Made by a program: the position numbers and the translations under genes | In this document: piece after piece, positions 53,871-64,000 of the stretch | How the letters are laid out: each line of letters starts with the position of its first letter | Numbering within the stretch: the first letter of the stretch is position 1 | IMG/VR virus record: IMGVR_UViG_3300036797_000015 | Coordinates: 1-64,000 of that record | From: a virus | Lineage: Duplodnaviria; Caudoviricetes | Reading direction: 5' to 3' (one strand) | Length of the DNA: 64,000 bases | The notes under the pieces: model-generated | The model's input: the letters and a program-made list of their open reading frames with translations, nothing else | Told to the model about the DNA's origin: nothing | The model's database searches: none

Positions 53871-56800
53871 TGCCAGACTATAACCTAGGTCGTGCCCATG
53901 GCGAAATTGTCATCACCGCGGATACTCGTGGTGCTGATCAAGCAGCTGTCGCTATGGGCGCGACTGCGGTTGAAGCTGAGGCTCTTGATAAATCCCTAGG
54001 CAAAGTCAAGACTCAATTTGGTGAGACTTCTAAGGAAGCCCAACGAGCTACCGCGATAGTTGAGCAGAATCGTGGCCGAGTAAGCCAGTTGCGTGGTGAA
54101 TATGATAGGTTGGGACAAAGCTATCAGAAGGCATATGAAGAATCCAAAAGGCTGAATAAAGCTTGGGCAGATCTGTCACAACTAGCCAAACATCAAGAAG
54201 TAAATCTGAATGATGTCATCAGTGCTAAGAATGCTGCACAGGAAGCAGATAGAAAAGCAGCAGATATCCTGGAGAAGCTGAACACAAAACATATTCAATA
54301 TGCTAGTGCTATCAGCAACGTCACAACGAGGCTATCTCTGTTGGGTCCTGCCCATAGGCAAGCTGAACGTGACGTAGAGTCATTTGGTAAGAAGATTGGC
54401 GAAGCCAATGAGCATATTGAAAAGCTTGCTGAAACGATTAGCAAAACCCTCTCTACTGCACTACATGGTATTGGGCAGCTTGGCGATATTGGTATGGCTG
54501 GCGGCGCTCTTGGCCTTCTGGGCGGGGGCGCTGGCAACGCACTCGTATCTGGAATGTCAGCCGTTGTCGAAGTCATTCAGCAGTTCAGCGGTGCGGTACT
54601 GCTTCTACCCGCCGCCGTTGGTGGTGCTGTAACTGCCCTAGGCACTCTCGCTGTAGGATTTCACGGAGTCGGCGAAGCCTTGTCGGCTATGGACGACCCC
54701 ACCAAATTCGCGCAGGCACTCTATAATTTGGCTCCAGCTGCCGCAGATGCCGTGCGAACCATCGCTAGCTTTGAATCTGCTTTCAAGGGTGCGATGCGTG
54801 AGGTTCAACAGTCTCTATCTGCGCCGATTGTCAGGGATATACAGCCTCTGATACAGACTTGGCTTCCAGCACTTATGCGTGCCGGCCAGCTTATCGCCGG
54901 AGTGTTCGGTGATATCGCCCATGAGTTCCTGGCCTGGACTCAACAGCCTCAGGTCATGGCGCAGTTTCAGTCCTTTATTGCCAATATGGCTAACGCGCTA
55001 CGTGCTTTGCTACCCGCCATACAACCTATTGCTAACGCTTTCTTGACGTTGACGACTGTTGGGTCGCAGGCGTTCGGTCGTCTGTCTGAAGCCGTTGTCA
55101 AATTGGCTAACGAGTTTAATGGTTGGGTACAGAACGCAGCATCGAACGGCGACCTTACGAAGTGGATCAATACTGCGCTCAACGCTTTCACTTCACTAGC
55201 GCATATTGCCGAGAATGTTTGGGGCATTCTTGCTAACATCGCCAAGATCGGCGACACGTTCGGTGGCGGGTTCTTGGGTGTACTTGACGAGATAACTGGC
55301 AAGCTCAAGGAGTTCACTGAATCCAGAGAGGGACAAGAGCAGATTAGTGAGTTCTTCTCCATTCTGCGAGAAGCCGGACACGAACTTGGTCCTATTATCA
55401 AGATTGTCGCCGGTGGCGTTGGTGAACTTGTAAAGCAGCTTCTTGAGCTAGGTGTAGCTATAGCGCCAGGCATTGAGGAGTTCCTGAAAGATCTGGCAGG
55501 CTCTATCAAGGAGCTAGGCGAGAACTTTGTCAAGTCTGCGCCATCCTTCAACACGTTCCTCAAGGGCTTTGGCGAACTGATGAAGGAATTCATCGAGAGT
55601 ATTGGCCCGCAGCTGCCTAACTTGTTCCGTGCGTTGGTACAAGCACTTATCGTGGCTTTGCCGACTTTGGACAAGGTCATTGAGGCTATCGCCAAGCTTA
55701 TGGGTCACCTCACCCCACGAGAAGTGGAAGTGATTGCGCTAGTCGCAGCTAGCTTGTGGGGTCTACATGGGGCCTTGTCTGCAATAGCTGCTATCGGTCC
55801 TGCCATAGAGACTTTGGCAGCTGGATTTGATGCTCTTGTAGCAGTATTCACGAGTCCCATTACCCTAGCAATTGTCGGTATAGTCGCTTTGGTAGGCGCG
55901 TTCATTTACGCTTACACGCACGTCAAGAGTTTCCACGATGCTGTCAATGGTACCCTCAAGGATCTCAAAGACTTCGCTGGTTGGGTAGGCCGCGAGTTTG
56001 TTAATGCTTGGCACTCAGTCACCGGCGCGATCAGCAATGCTATCTCCAGCATCAAGAACTTCCAGACTGAAGCCCACAACACGCTAGCCAATCTTGGTGG
56101 CATTATCTCCAGCGAGATTGGCAAGGTCATAGCACAGGCCGAGAACTGGGGCAGATCCATCGTCCAACGCCTAATTGATGGCATTAAGGGCATGTTCCAC
56201 CCGCTCGGAGATGCTTGGTCGTGGCTGTTGAAGGCTGTGCGTGACCAGAACCCAAGTTCACCGCCTAAGACCGGGCCTCTGTCAGGCCAGGGTGACCCTC
56301 TGGTAGCCGGTCAGAACGTAGCCGACCGATTTGCCACGGGTTTGAAGGCAGGTACTCCCGGCGTTAGTTCGGCATATTCAGCGGCGATTGGGAGCGGCGC
56401 AAGTACGTTCCAGACCGCTGGCCAAACTGCTAGCGTGTCAGGTGGAGCTGACTTTACGCAGGGCAGATCGGGCTTCGATCAATGGATCAATTCGCTTACC
56501 CAAGACCTGTCGGCTTGGTCGTCCATCCTACAACATAGCTTCAAGTTGTTCCAAGATGTAGCAGGTATATTCAGCTCTACCGCTCATGTAGTTGCTAACC
56601 TCTGGGGTGGTGGCGATAATCCACTTACGAGGCCTGGCGGGTTATTTGGTCCTCCTAAGAAAACTGGCCAACAGCATGTCGATGGCGTGCCTGACGCTCC
56701 TGAGCCCAAGGGTGTCGCGCCTGACCAGTATGGTAAGGATTTAGCTGGTGCGCAGAATACAGTTCCGCAGCAGTCGGTCGCCGGAGTGCCTAACGCTAAG

Positions 56801-59200
56801 TGGTGGGGCAGCAACGGTACCGTACATGGTCAGTCTGCTCCAGCTACCCAAGGTGTCCCATGGGCCGGTAGTAATGGTTCTCCACCAGCAGCTAATGCAC
56901 CAGCAGCTAATGTAAGTGCTCCAGGGCTATCAGACAACCAGAAGAAAATATCTGGGCAGATCATATCTGAGGGTCGCAAACGCGGCATGTCTGATGAGCA
57001 GATTCAGGCTGCTCTTGCTATTGCTAGTGGTGAAAGTAATCTCGGCGATAACCAGACATTCAACACGAGTGGTGGTAACGCTTCTGTTGGCGGTGTTGGC
57101 GGTGTATATCAACAGGCCCCGAAATACTACGGCGGCAAAGACAATGTCATGGATCCCAATATTGCGATCCCTGCGTTCTTTGATAGATACCAAAATGCTC
57201 TGAATAAGGGTTTGGATCCGTTACAAGCAGCCGTTAATGTTCAGAATCCGCAGCTTGGTACCAATAACCAGAGTAGCACTTACTATAGGACAATGGCGTC
57301 GCACCTTGGTCAAGCCCAAGGCATATTGGGTGGCGCCCAGCCGCAGGTAGGGCTTGCTAGCCATGACATCCCGCTAAATGGGCCTACCGGAAACACGCAG
57401 GGACAGGCGCCACCCAACGGTCCTCAGCCAGGACAGAAGTATGGTGTGAGTTTGGGGGCGCCAGAGAGTTATGGATTGCCGGGAGGCACCAACACTGGTG
57501 GCTACGGAAGTGGTGGAGCCGGAGTATTCCCGCAATGGCTTCTCGATATGGGCAAGAAATTTGGAGTAACGCCTAGCACTTATCCAGGGCACCAGGAATC
57601 AGAGCGCAGTAGTGAACCAGGATATGCTCCAAATCCGCAACACCTTAACCGTGGTGTAGATTGGGTAGGCACTCCCGCCCAGATGGAAGCGTTCGCACAA
57701 GCGATGCTACAGGCTGGCGCGCAAGGTGCGGTAGAGCAGGTCATATATCGTTCCCAGGGTGGCAAGGAATATGGCTTTGGCGGCGGCAAGGATGTATCGG
57801 GGCACTACTACCCACAATCTGGCGAAGGCTCATATGATGAGCATGCTACTTCACCAACTGGTCAAGGCGGTCACGTTCACACTCGGTTCTCTCGTTCATT
57901 CTCAATCTTCCCTGAAGGTGAGGGCGCTCAAACTCAGGGCCAAGCACCTCCTGGCACCCAAGGTGACCTTAGTGTTGAAGGCACTGCTACAGCACCTAAC
58001 GCAGCTGAGAACCCAATCCAGAGGTTCCTTGGTCTTGGTGATAACCCTTACACTGGTCCCCCAGTCAATTTGGGGAATATCGACCAAGGCAAGATTCTTA
58101 CAGATCCTGCGCATACCTACAAGACACCCGATGGCAACGTATACAATTGGGTGGTAGGCCAAGGTTGGGTTTGGGCCGGAGGTCCAAAGGGTAGTCCGCC
58201 ACCTCCTGGCGTGCCTAAGACGCCTATCGGGGCGCCACCTGTGCCGGGCGCTGGCGTATTTACTGGCAACCAAGGCAATTTCGACGGTCGTTATCCAGGC
58301 GGTCTGCCTCCTGGGCAGGGACCGGGATTGGGCCAAGGAGCTACACAACCGCTAGCTCCGCAGACTTCTGGGGTAGGGCAAGGCACTTCCGCTTACCAGA
58401 ACCTAGCCGGTGGGCCTCTATCTGGCACTAGTGGCGCCGACCAAGGACAGACTCCAGCCGGTAGCCAGAAGTCGCCAATGGACACTTTCAGCGACGTTAT
58501 GTCTGGTGTCGGCACTATCGCAGGTGACGCGTTCCAGGTGTTCGATGATACGATCAAGTCAATTGGTGCGGCCGCAAACATTACTGATCAGCTAGTACGC
58601 GGATTTGCTAACACCCAAGATGTAGTCGGCTTTATCACTCAAATGCAGACGTTCATCACGACTGCGGCCGATGTAGCTAAACTGGTTGGAGATACCTCAG
58701 GAACTATCGGCCAGTTCGTCGGCGCAGGCGCTGCCGGTGATCCTAGTGGGGCTACTTCTGCTGTAGCCGCCGCATTCGGTGCCGTATCTGCTATAGCTGG
58801 TGTGGTCAACCAAGCTTTGGTTGCTACGAATGATGCAATTGATCTTGGTAAGGAAGTGTATAAGGAAGTTGGGAAGTATAGCGCCATATTCGCTGGCTAT
58901 ATGCTTGGTGGTGCCGATACTGGGCCTCTCGGTGGCAATGTACGTATGCTGCTCAATACTAATACTGGACAATTGATTTCATACAGCCAGGATAACCCGA
59001 ACAACAAGAGCGTGAAGAATTTGCCTGCCTGGCTTTCAAACGCCTATGGCGGAAACACGAATGTGCCACAAAATCCACAACTCAATCAGCTTAACATTTA
59101 TGCTGGGCCTGGCCAGAGCACCAGGCAGATGTTGAGTGACTCTATGTGGATAGTTTCCACCGGAGGCCCGGCAGTATCAAGCGTGGCAGGTAGAGAATAA
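53870..59200 (+). CDS. Tape measure protein with lysozyme-like and peptidase-like domains
   Basis: About 1776 aa Ala/Gly-rich helical protein; IASGESNL..GVYQQ transglycosylase-like motif; STYPGHQE..RGVDW..EQVIY..HVH motif. Confidence 0.93.
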   Translation: MPDYNLGRAHGEIVITADTRGADQAAVAMGATAVEAEALDKSLGKVKTQFGETSKEAQRATAIVEQNRGRVSQLRGEYDRLGQSYQKAYEESKRLNKAWADLSQLAKHQEVNLNDVISAKNAAQEADRKAADILEKLNTKHIQYASAISNVTTRLSLLGPAHRQAERDVESFGKKIGEANEHIEKLAETISKTLSTALHGIGQLGDIGMAGGALGLLGGGAGNALVSGMSAVVEVIQQFSGAVLLLPAAVGGAVTALGTLAVGFHGVGEALSAMDDPTKFAQALYNLAPAAADAVRTIASFESAFKGAMREVQQSLSAPIVRDIQPLIQTWLPALMRAGQLIAGVFGDIAHEFLAWTQQPQVMAQFQSFIANMANALRALLPAIQPIANAFLTLTTVGSQAFGRLSEAVVKLANEFNGWVQNAASNGDLTKWINTALNAFTSLAHIAENVWGILANIAKIGDTFGGGFLGVLDEITGKLKEFTESREGQEQISEFFSILREAGHELGPIIKIVAGGVGELVKQLLELGVAIAPGIEEFLKDLAGSIKELGENFVKSAPSFNTFLKGFGELMKEFIESIGPQLPNLFRALVQALIVALPTLDKVIEAIAKLMGHLTPREVEVIALVAASLWGLHGALSAIAAIGPAIETLAAGFDALVAVFTSPITLAIVGIVALVGAFIYAYTHVKSFHDAVNGTLKDLKDFAGWVGREFVNAWHSVTGAISNAISSIKNFQTEAHNTLANLGGIISSEIGKVIAQAENWGRSIVQRLIDGIKGMFHPLGDAWSWLLKAVRDQNPSSPPKTGPLSGQGDPLVAGQNVADRFATGLKAGTPGVSSAYSAAIGSGASTFQTAGQTASVSGGADFTQGRSGFDQWINSLTQDLSAWSSILQHSFKLFQDVAGIFSSTAHVVANLWGGGDNPLTRPGGLFGPPKKTGQQHVDGVPDAPEPKGVAPDQYGKDLAGAQNTVPQQSVAGVPNAKWWGSNGTVHGQSAPATQGVPWAGSNGSPPAANAPAANVSAPGLSDNQKKISGQIISEGRKRGMSDEQIQAALAIASGESNLGDNQTFNTSGGNASVGGVGGVYQQAPKYYGGKDNVMDPNIAIPAFFDRYQNALNKGLDPLQAAVNVQNPQLGTNNQSSTYYRTMASHLGQAQGILGGAQPQVGLASHDIPLNGPTGNTQGQAPPNGPQPGQKYGVSLGAPESYGLPGGTNTGGYGSGGAGVFPQWLLDMGKKFGVTPSTYPGHQESERSSEPGYAPNPQHLNRGVDWVGTPAQMEAFAQAMLQAGAQGAVEQVIYRSQGGKEYGFGGGKDVSGHYYPQSGEGSYDEHATSPTGQGGHVHTRFSRSFSIFPEGEGAQTQGQAPPGTQGDLSVEGTATAPNAAENPIQRFLGLGDNPYTGPPVNLGNIDQGKILTDPAHTYKTPDGNVYNWVVGQGWVWAGGPKGSPPPPGVPKTPIGAPPVPGAGVFTGNQGNFDGRYPGGLPPGQGPGLGQGATQPLAPQTSGVGQGTSAYQNLAGGPLSGTSGADQGQTPAGSQKSPMDTFSDVMSGVGTIAGDAFQVFDDTIKSIGAAANITDQLVRGFANTQDVVGFITQMQTFITTAADVAKLVGDTSGTIGQFVGAGAAGDPSGATSAVAAAFGAVSAIAGVVNQALVATNDAIDLGKEVYKEVGKYSAIFAGYMLGGADTGPLGGNVRMLLNTNTGQLISYSQDNPNNKSVKNLPAWLSNAYGGNTNVPQNPQLNQLNIYAGPGQSTRQMLSDSMWIVSTGGPAVSSVAGRE

Positions 59201-60084
59201 TGCAACCATACCAGTATCAAATAGGTAGCGTGCTATTTGGGCGTAATACGGACATACCTGTCAGCAAGGTAGAGGTCCAGCCGTATAACGTCAATCAACA
59301 AGACTTCCAGGTTATCCGAACTGATGAAACCAGATTCGGGATAGATACGCTAGCCCCTGCACCTATTGTCTTCACTATGGCTGTTATGGATAACTTCGCC
59401 CTGGAACAGATATCGCATATCGCCGGACCTGATCTGGATGACCTGTTCCTACCGCGAGGTAGCCTGCTATCGTCGCTAGCACGTACATGGAAAGCTAGTG
59501 ACGTGCGAGCATTCTGGGGGCAAGTGATGCCTCTACTTTGCTGTAAGTGGGATGGTACGGTAGTACGCATTTACGGTAGGCCTGGTAAGTTTCAATATGC
59601 TAAACGAGCAAATGATCGCACGACATGGATTGAAGTACAAGCAGAGTTCAGGCGTGGCGATACCCTAGCCCATTCTGACATTGAATATTATGTTGGGGAT
59701 ATAACAAATCCGTTGTTGGGCATGGCTCCAGGAGCGCCAGCTGTGGTAGCGCAACGTGGTGACGGTGATGGCGACTCATGGCTCAGATTCGTGTTCACTG
59801 GTCCGATGACACATCCCATCGTCAACTATGGTGATAAGACTTTAGAGATGACTACTTCAATCCCGGCTGGGGTATCTGTTGAAGTGTCGACATATCCTTG
59901 GGTTCGTCGGGTAGTTGACTCAAATTCAGTTAATCGTCGCACTGAAGTAATAGGCAATACTTTGTATCTTGATCAGATTAACTTCCCAGCAGATGATGCT
60001 ATTGAAGTAAGCTGGGATTGTGATGACGCTGACACTTCAACAGGATTGTATTTTATGTGGAGGGAGGCATACAATGTCATTTAA
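59200..60084 (+). CDS. Minor tail protein (distal tail-like)
   Basis: Directly after tape measure, TAATG coupling. Confidence 0.75.
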   Translation: MQPYQYQIGSVLFGRNTDIPVSKVEVQPYNVNQQDFQVIRTDETRFGIDTLAPAPIVFTMAVMDNFALEQISHIAGPDLDDLFLPRGSLLSSLARTWKASDVRAFWGQVMPLLCCKWDGTVVRIYGRPGKFQYAKRANDRTTWIEVQAEFRRGDTLAHSDIEYYVGDITNPLLGMAPGAPAVVAQRGDGDGDSWLRFVFTGPMTHPIVNYGDKTLEMTTSIPAGVSVEVSTYPWVRRVVDSNSVNRRTEVIGNTLYLDQINFPADDAIEVSWDCDDADTSTGLYFMWREAYNVI

Positions 60085-60092
60085 GGAGCATC

Positions 60093-61712
60093 ATGCCTAA
60101 TCCACCTTTGCGTCGCAACTTCATAAACTTGCGCACGCCTGCGGTAAATGAGTTACCTGCAGCAGATTATAACGCTCACGCTCAGCGTACTGATATTGCC
60201 TATGATGTTGCTAGAGCTGCGTTGATCAATGCTAGGGTTCAAATTGCTGATAATTGTTATGCCGCGCCTGCTGCCGGGAGCGCATTCAATATCTCAACTG
60301 CTGGCACATATGAGTTCTTCTACAATGTTGGTATGGATGCTTCAGACCTAAGAATAGGGTTTGGGCAGTGGTCAAATACTATTGTTACTGGCGTCCACAC
60401 TGACATCGATAGTGCGACTAGCGTTACATTTTCCGCTGCTATTAAGGATGCATCGGGCAGCGTATACCAATTGACTTTCGGAGGCCAGAAAACAGTCACT
60501 CTTGTCAACGGATTGATCTTGTCTGACTCAATTCCGATTGATGTGGTTAAGGGTGACATCATTTATGTCCGTGTTTACATTTCGGCCGGGACAGCCCATT
60601 GGAATAGGCTAGCCTTCAAAAATGCATCAATTACCAATGCGGGCGGTTTTTCATCGGGTGTTGACTATACATTAACTGGTTCTCCTGCGCTCCCTACGCC
60701 AATTCAAGCTTCTGGTTGGGGGCCAATGCTTATAATTGGTATCCCAAAGGCAAAAGATGTTACTCCAAAGTCCATTATAATTCAAGGCGACTCAATTGCA
60801 TGGGGCGCATTTGATGGCTTTACGGGTGATCTATTCACCGGAGCAATGACGAATCAACCAATTTTGTTGGCTGGCGGATGGATAGCTCGTTGCCTGGCGG
60901 GGCAGGCAGGCGTAATTAACGCTGCGCTACAAGGCGATGGGATTGGATATTTCCTCGCTGGGCTTGGACACTTTCGTAGGGCATCATTGATCAATTATGC
61001 TCGTTATGCATTAATTGAATATGGCGTCAATGATATCAACCTTGATCACACTGCCGCACAAATTCAAGCTGACTTGCTTACGCAAGCAAATCGAAACTTG
61101 AACAAGGGCATTATTGCCAACATCATAGTAACTCTTACGCCACAATCAACTTCAACTGATCGATGGACGACACTTGGCAACCAAACTCCGATCACCGAGA
61201 ACTCAGTTAGGGTGACTCATAACAATTGGGTGCGGGATGGTGGCCCTATTGATGCAACTACCAAAACCCCAGTAGCGACAGGAACTTCCACCAATGTGCT
61301 TCGTTTTGGCGCAGTAGACCATCCAATACACGGCTATCTTGAAGTGGCAGATTGTATCGAGTCTGCTCGTGATTCCGGCAAATGGAAGATAGCAGATCGA
61401 GTGGTTACGAATGCTGCTATTACTACTGGTACGGCAACTTTAACCTCAACTACTGCTAATTTCACTTCGGCCGATATTGGCAAGTGCGTAATTATTGCCG
61501 GTGCTGGAGCAGCAGGTGTAGATTTGGTGGGCACTATTTTGTCTATAAATTCCAGCACCTCTGTTGCAATAACGCAAGTAGCATCAGTTACCGTATCTGG
61601 AGCAACTTGTGTCATTGGTGCTTGGACTGCTGATGGCGTTCACCCTCGTTGTAATGGACACGCTTATATTGCCGCCCAGGTTCAAGCATCATTTTTGGCG
61701 TTGATGAGTTGA
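60093..61712 (+). CDS. Tail-region SGNH/GDSL hydrolase-domain protein
   Basis: AAGGAG SD; IIQGDSIAWG, EYGVNDI, DGVHP. Confidence 0.8.
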   Translation: MPNPPLRRNFINLRTPAVNELPAADYNAHAQRTDIAYDVARAALINARVQIADNCYAAPAAGSAFNISTAGTYEFFYNVGMDASDLRIGFGQWSNTIVTGVHTDIDSATSVTFSAAIKDASGSVYQLTFGGQKTVTLVNGLILSDSIPIDVVKGDIIYVRVYISAGTAHWNRLAFKNASITNAGGFSSGVDYTLTGSPALPTPIQASGWGPMLIIGIPKAKDVTPKSIIIQGDSIAWGAFDGFTGDLFTGAMTNQPILLAGGWIARCLAGQAGVINAALQGDGIGYFLAGLGHFRRASLINYARYALIEYGVNDINLDHTAAQIQADLLTQANRNLNKGIIANIIVTLTPQSTSTDRWTTLGNQTPITENSVRVTHNNWVRDGGPIDATTKTPVATGTSTNVLRFGAVDHPIHGYLEVADCIESARDSGKWKIADRVVTNAAITTGTATLTSTTANFTSADIGKCVIIAGAGAAGVDLVGTILSINSSTSVAITQVASVTVSGATCVIGAWTADGVHPRCNGHAYIAAQVQASFLALMS

Positions 61713-61713
61713 T

Positions 61714-63009
61714 ATGAGTTTCCCTCTAAGTTTCCCAACTGCCTTCGGTGACCCCGTAGGGTTCAACCCTTCCGGGTCTGACCCTGACAGGTTCAGGTTC
61801 ATTGTTGAAAAAGCAGTCACAGGGGAGATACTAACACGTGATTTGGTTGTTCAAAAGCCAAAGATACTTCGTGCTTTGAGCGGCCCGTGTAATATTCAAT
61901 TTGACATCGACTATAGGGACTACAGCGCAGCAGGCATTTACTTTAAGCCTTGGGAACATATTGTACATGCTGAGAAACTTGTCAATGGTGAGCGTAAGAT
62001 ATGGGCTAGCGGTATAGTCCAGCCATCTCAAATTGACAAGAAAACTGGAGTTGTCCATTTAGAGGCCAAAGGCTTCTCTGCTTATGCTAAAGGCACTCCT
62101 TGGCTGGAGAATTGGAACCCGCTCGTTGTCGATCCGTTTGCGGTTGTCCAGCGAGTTTGGACCCATATTCAGAGCTACCCGACCGGGAACCTAGGCGTCA
62201 TCGTCTACCCAGCTACGTGTGGTATCGAGATGCTACCAGGGTATGCGTTCGACGGGGAAATATTCAATCTCAACTTCTTCGCTGAGTTTATTCGAGCGGC
62301 CGACAAGCAGGATTGTGGCGATGTTATTGATGGTCTTGCTCGTGATATCCCATTTGATTATGTTGAGCAGTCTGCTTGGAATAGCGACAGAAGCGCAATA
62401 ATCAAAAAGATATTCCTGGGGTATCCCAAGGCAGGGCAAGACCTTAACAATTTGGCATTCATCCTAAACGAGAATGTATATGAGGCTAGCCCGCACATCG
62501 AGACTGAGATTGATTGGGCTAGTGATGTTATCATCGATGGTTGGTTCCCTGGCCAGGAGTACAGTTCTACCCTGACCAACGCTGATACAGATAGACTCAG
62601 GCGCGTTGTCATGCAGGACGACGTTCAGATTAACTCTGATGAGCGTGCCGCGGCGTGGGCTAAACGTAAGTTGACTAGGCGCCAAACACCGGCTTACTGG
62701 GATTCCATCATTGTGGATATGGGCCACCCAAATGCGCCGTTCGGCTACTATGACGTAGGTGACCGAGTTGATGTCAGAGGCTTGATGCCTTGGGTGGGTG
62801 ACGTTAACCAGACTCATAAGATCATCGCTATCGCGGTCGATGAGGAGTCTGAGACTTGCGAGCTTAGCTTGAAGGCAGAGGGCGCATTCTCCTATGACCC
62901 GATCTACTACCAAGGCTCTGGCGGGTCGAGCAACCCCGTTGCGCTTACTGGCGCGAATGTGCCTTTGATCGCATTGTCGACTACCCCAGGCCTGGTGACT
63001 ATATCATGA
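61714..63009 (+). CDS. Minor tail protein (baseplate hub-like)
   Basis: RALSGP, WASGIV, GDRVDV; size and position. Confidence 0.75.
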   Translation: MSFPLSFPTAFGDPVGFNPSGSDPDRFRFIVEKAVTGEILTRDLVVQKPKILRALSGPCNIQFDIDYRDYSAAGIYFKPWEHIVHAEKLVNGERKIWASGIVQPSQIDKKTGVVHLEAKGFSAYAKGTPWLENWNPLVVDPFAVVQRVWTHIQSYPTGNLGVIVYPATCGIEMLPGYAFDGEIFNLNFFAEFIRAADKQDCGDVIDGLARDIPFDYVEQSAWNSDRSAIIKKIFLGYPKAGQDLNNLAFILNENVYEASPHIETEIDWASDVIIDGWFPGQEYSSTLTNADTDRLRRVVMQDDVQINSDERAAAWAKRKLTRRQTPAYWDSIIVDMGHPNAPFGYYDVGDRVDVRGLMPWVGDVNQTHKIIAIAVDEESETCELSLKAEGAFSYDPIYYQGSGGSSNPVALTGANVPLIALSTTPGLVTIS

Positions 63010-63449
63010 CAATTAATCAGATTGCCTATGGGCTATTCCTAGATTCGTTGGCAGACGGACTCATTGACTGGCGAGCCGACATATTCAAGGCTATGCTATG
63101 TGATAGTGGTTATACCCCTAATCAAAATACGCACCAATACAAGAGTAGTGTTACTCATGAGGTTGCCGGGTCTGGTTATGTGCCAGGGGGCATAATTGTC
63201 CCCGGTGTTGTTAAGACATATACATCCGTAACAAAAACGCTGAATATCGCAGCAGCACCGTTAGTGTGGCCGGTTACCACAATTCCGGCTATTCGCTATA
63301 TTGTCGTGTATGATGACATAGCAGGATTCAGTGATAATGCTAAGCCTTTGGTCATGTATGTTGATCTGGGCGCAGACTCGGTGACTGTGAACCAGACGTT
63401 CCAGTACACATTCGCTAGCGGTAACATGTTCCAGGTGGCGGTGCCGTGA
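63006..63449 (+). CDS. Minor tail protein
   Basis: FKAML...YTP..HEVAGSGYVPGG; ATGA overlap. Confidence 0.75.
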   Translation: MTINQIAYGLFLDSLADGLIDWRADIFKAMLCDSGYTPNQNTHQYKSSVTHEVAGSGYVPGGIIVPGVVKTYTSVTKTLNIAAAPLVWPVTTIPAIRYIVVYDDIAGFSDNAKPLVMYVDLGADSVTVNQTFQYTFASGNMFQVAVP

Positions 63450-64000
63450 GCCTAGACATTTTCGGACAGTACCAGTCACAAACTACTCGCGCTCTAGCAT
63501 CTATTGATAGCAGCAAATATCCTGACACGAATAAGGATTTTGAGGCTAACGTAATCAGGCTCAACCAAGATGTCGATTACATTTCCAAGTTTTTACAGAC
63601 GATGCAAAAGGGCGTCGACTCAGCCAATAAAGACCCCATCAGCAGAATCCGCGATCTTGTCGCTGGTCTAGGCATTTTGCTTGGGGGAGGGTCGCTGACT
63701 GAGATCACCGATATCAATCTCGGCGACCTACAATACTATCTACCCGCCATTGGCGCTCTGCTTGGGTTTGACTCAACTACGCCATTCCCCATCAATCTGT
63801 TTGAAGCAGCTGAGCACCTCCTGCTTGGCTATATTGTGCCGCTTGATGTATTCGCAAGCACGATTGAGGATTTGATCCTTAGCTTCTTTGCGGCTATCGG
63901 CATTGATGAAGACGCGCTCAATTCGCTGCGTGATTTGCTAGACGCTGTTGTAAGCGTAACTGGGGATATACAAACGCTTTTCACTAACCTAGCAAATTTG
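63446..64000 (+). CDS. Minor tail protein (truncated by window edge, not in ORF track)
   Basis: GTGA overlap; MSLDIFGQYQSQTTRALASID...; open to the end of the window. Confidence 0.75.
   Translation, partial: MSLDIFGQYQSQTTRALASIDSSKYPDTNKDFEANVIRLNQDVDYISKFLQTMQKGVDSANKDPISRIRDLVAGLGILLGGGSLTEITDINLGDLQYYLPAIGALLGFDSTTPFPINLFEAAEHLLLGYIVPLDVFASTIEDLILSFFAAIGIDEDALNSLRDLLDAVVSVTGDIQTLFTNLANL

Noticed and set aside
652-63479. Numerous minus-strand ORFs in the track (e.g. 2322-3017, 15608-16570, 27393-27992, 54967-55695)
   Set aside because: They lie opposite well-supported, tightly coupled + strand genes, lack SDs and motifs, and are explained by codon bias
1-64000. Integrase, repressor, lysis cassette, reverse transcriptase
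   Set aside because: No recognisable motifs in this window; they may lie outside it, so lifestyle cannot be settled

Overview
The window is a 64-kb piece of a dsDNA tailed-phage (siphovirus) genome, most likely an actinobacteriophage: its tape measure carries mycobacteriophage-type peptidoglycan-hydrolase motifs, and it has an NrdH-like redoxin, a DnaE-type polymerase and ThyX. Order on the + strand: (1) a divergent control region and a ~380-nt highly structured leader containing an rrn-boxA-like sequence (0.3-0.8 kb). (2) An early region in which gene blocks are separated by seven copies of a double-hairpin plus CCCAACAACCAAG(A)GG element in two classes (1.1-6.7 kb). (3) SNF2 helicase, a tRNA-like structured RNA ending in CCA, sugar/nucleotide-modifying enzymes (TylF-like methyltransferase, glycosyltransferase, FAD oxidoreductase, HAD phosphatase, DUF1599-like protein, ThyX), a Cas4-like/AAA/SSB recombination module, a DnaE split into two genes, RuvC-like resolvase, HNH and primase-helicase (7-33 kb). 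(4) A TTACC-repeat putative origin. (5) A head module in which TerS and TerL are separated by an array of very basic low-complexity proteins and an amber-interrupted zinc-peptidase gene, followed by portal, papain-like and JAB proteases, MuF, scaffold and capsid. (6) Tail genes running to the window edge. No integrase, repressor, CRISPR array or canonical tRNA was recognised. The best candidates for undescribed systems are the repeated RNA-element array with its antisense copies in two structured RNAs, the basic-protein/protease head cassette, and the methyl-sugar modification pathway. All functional calls come from motif recognition by eye; no searches were run.
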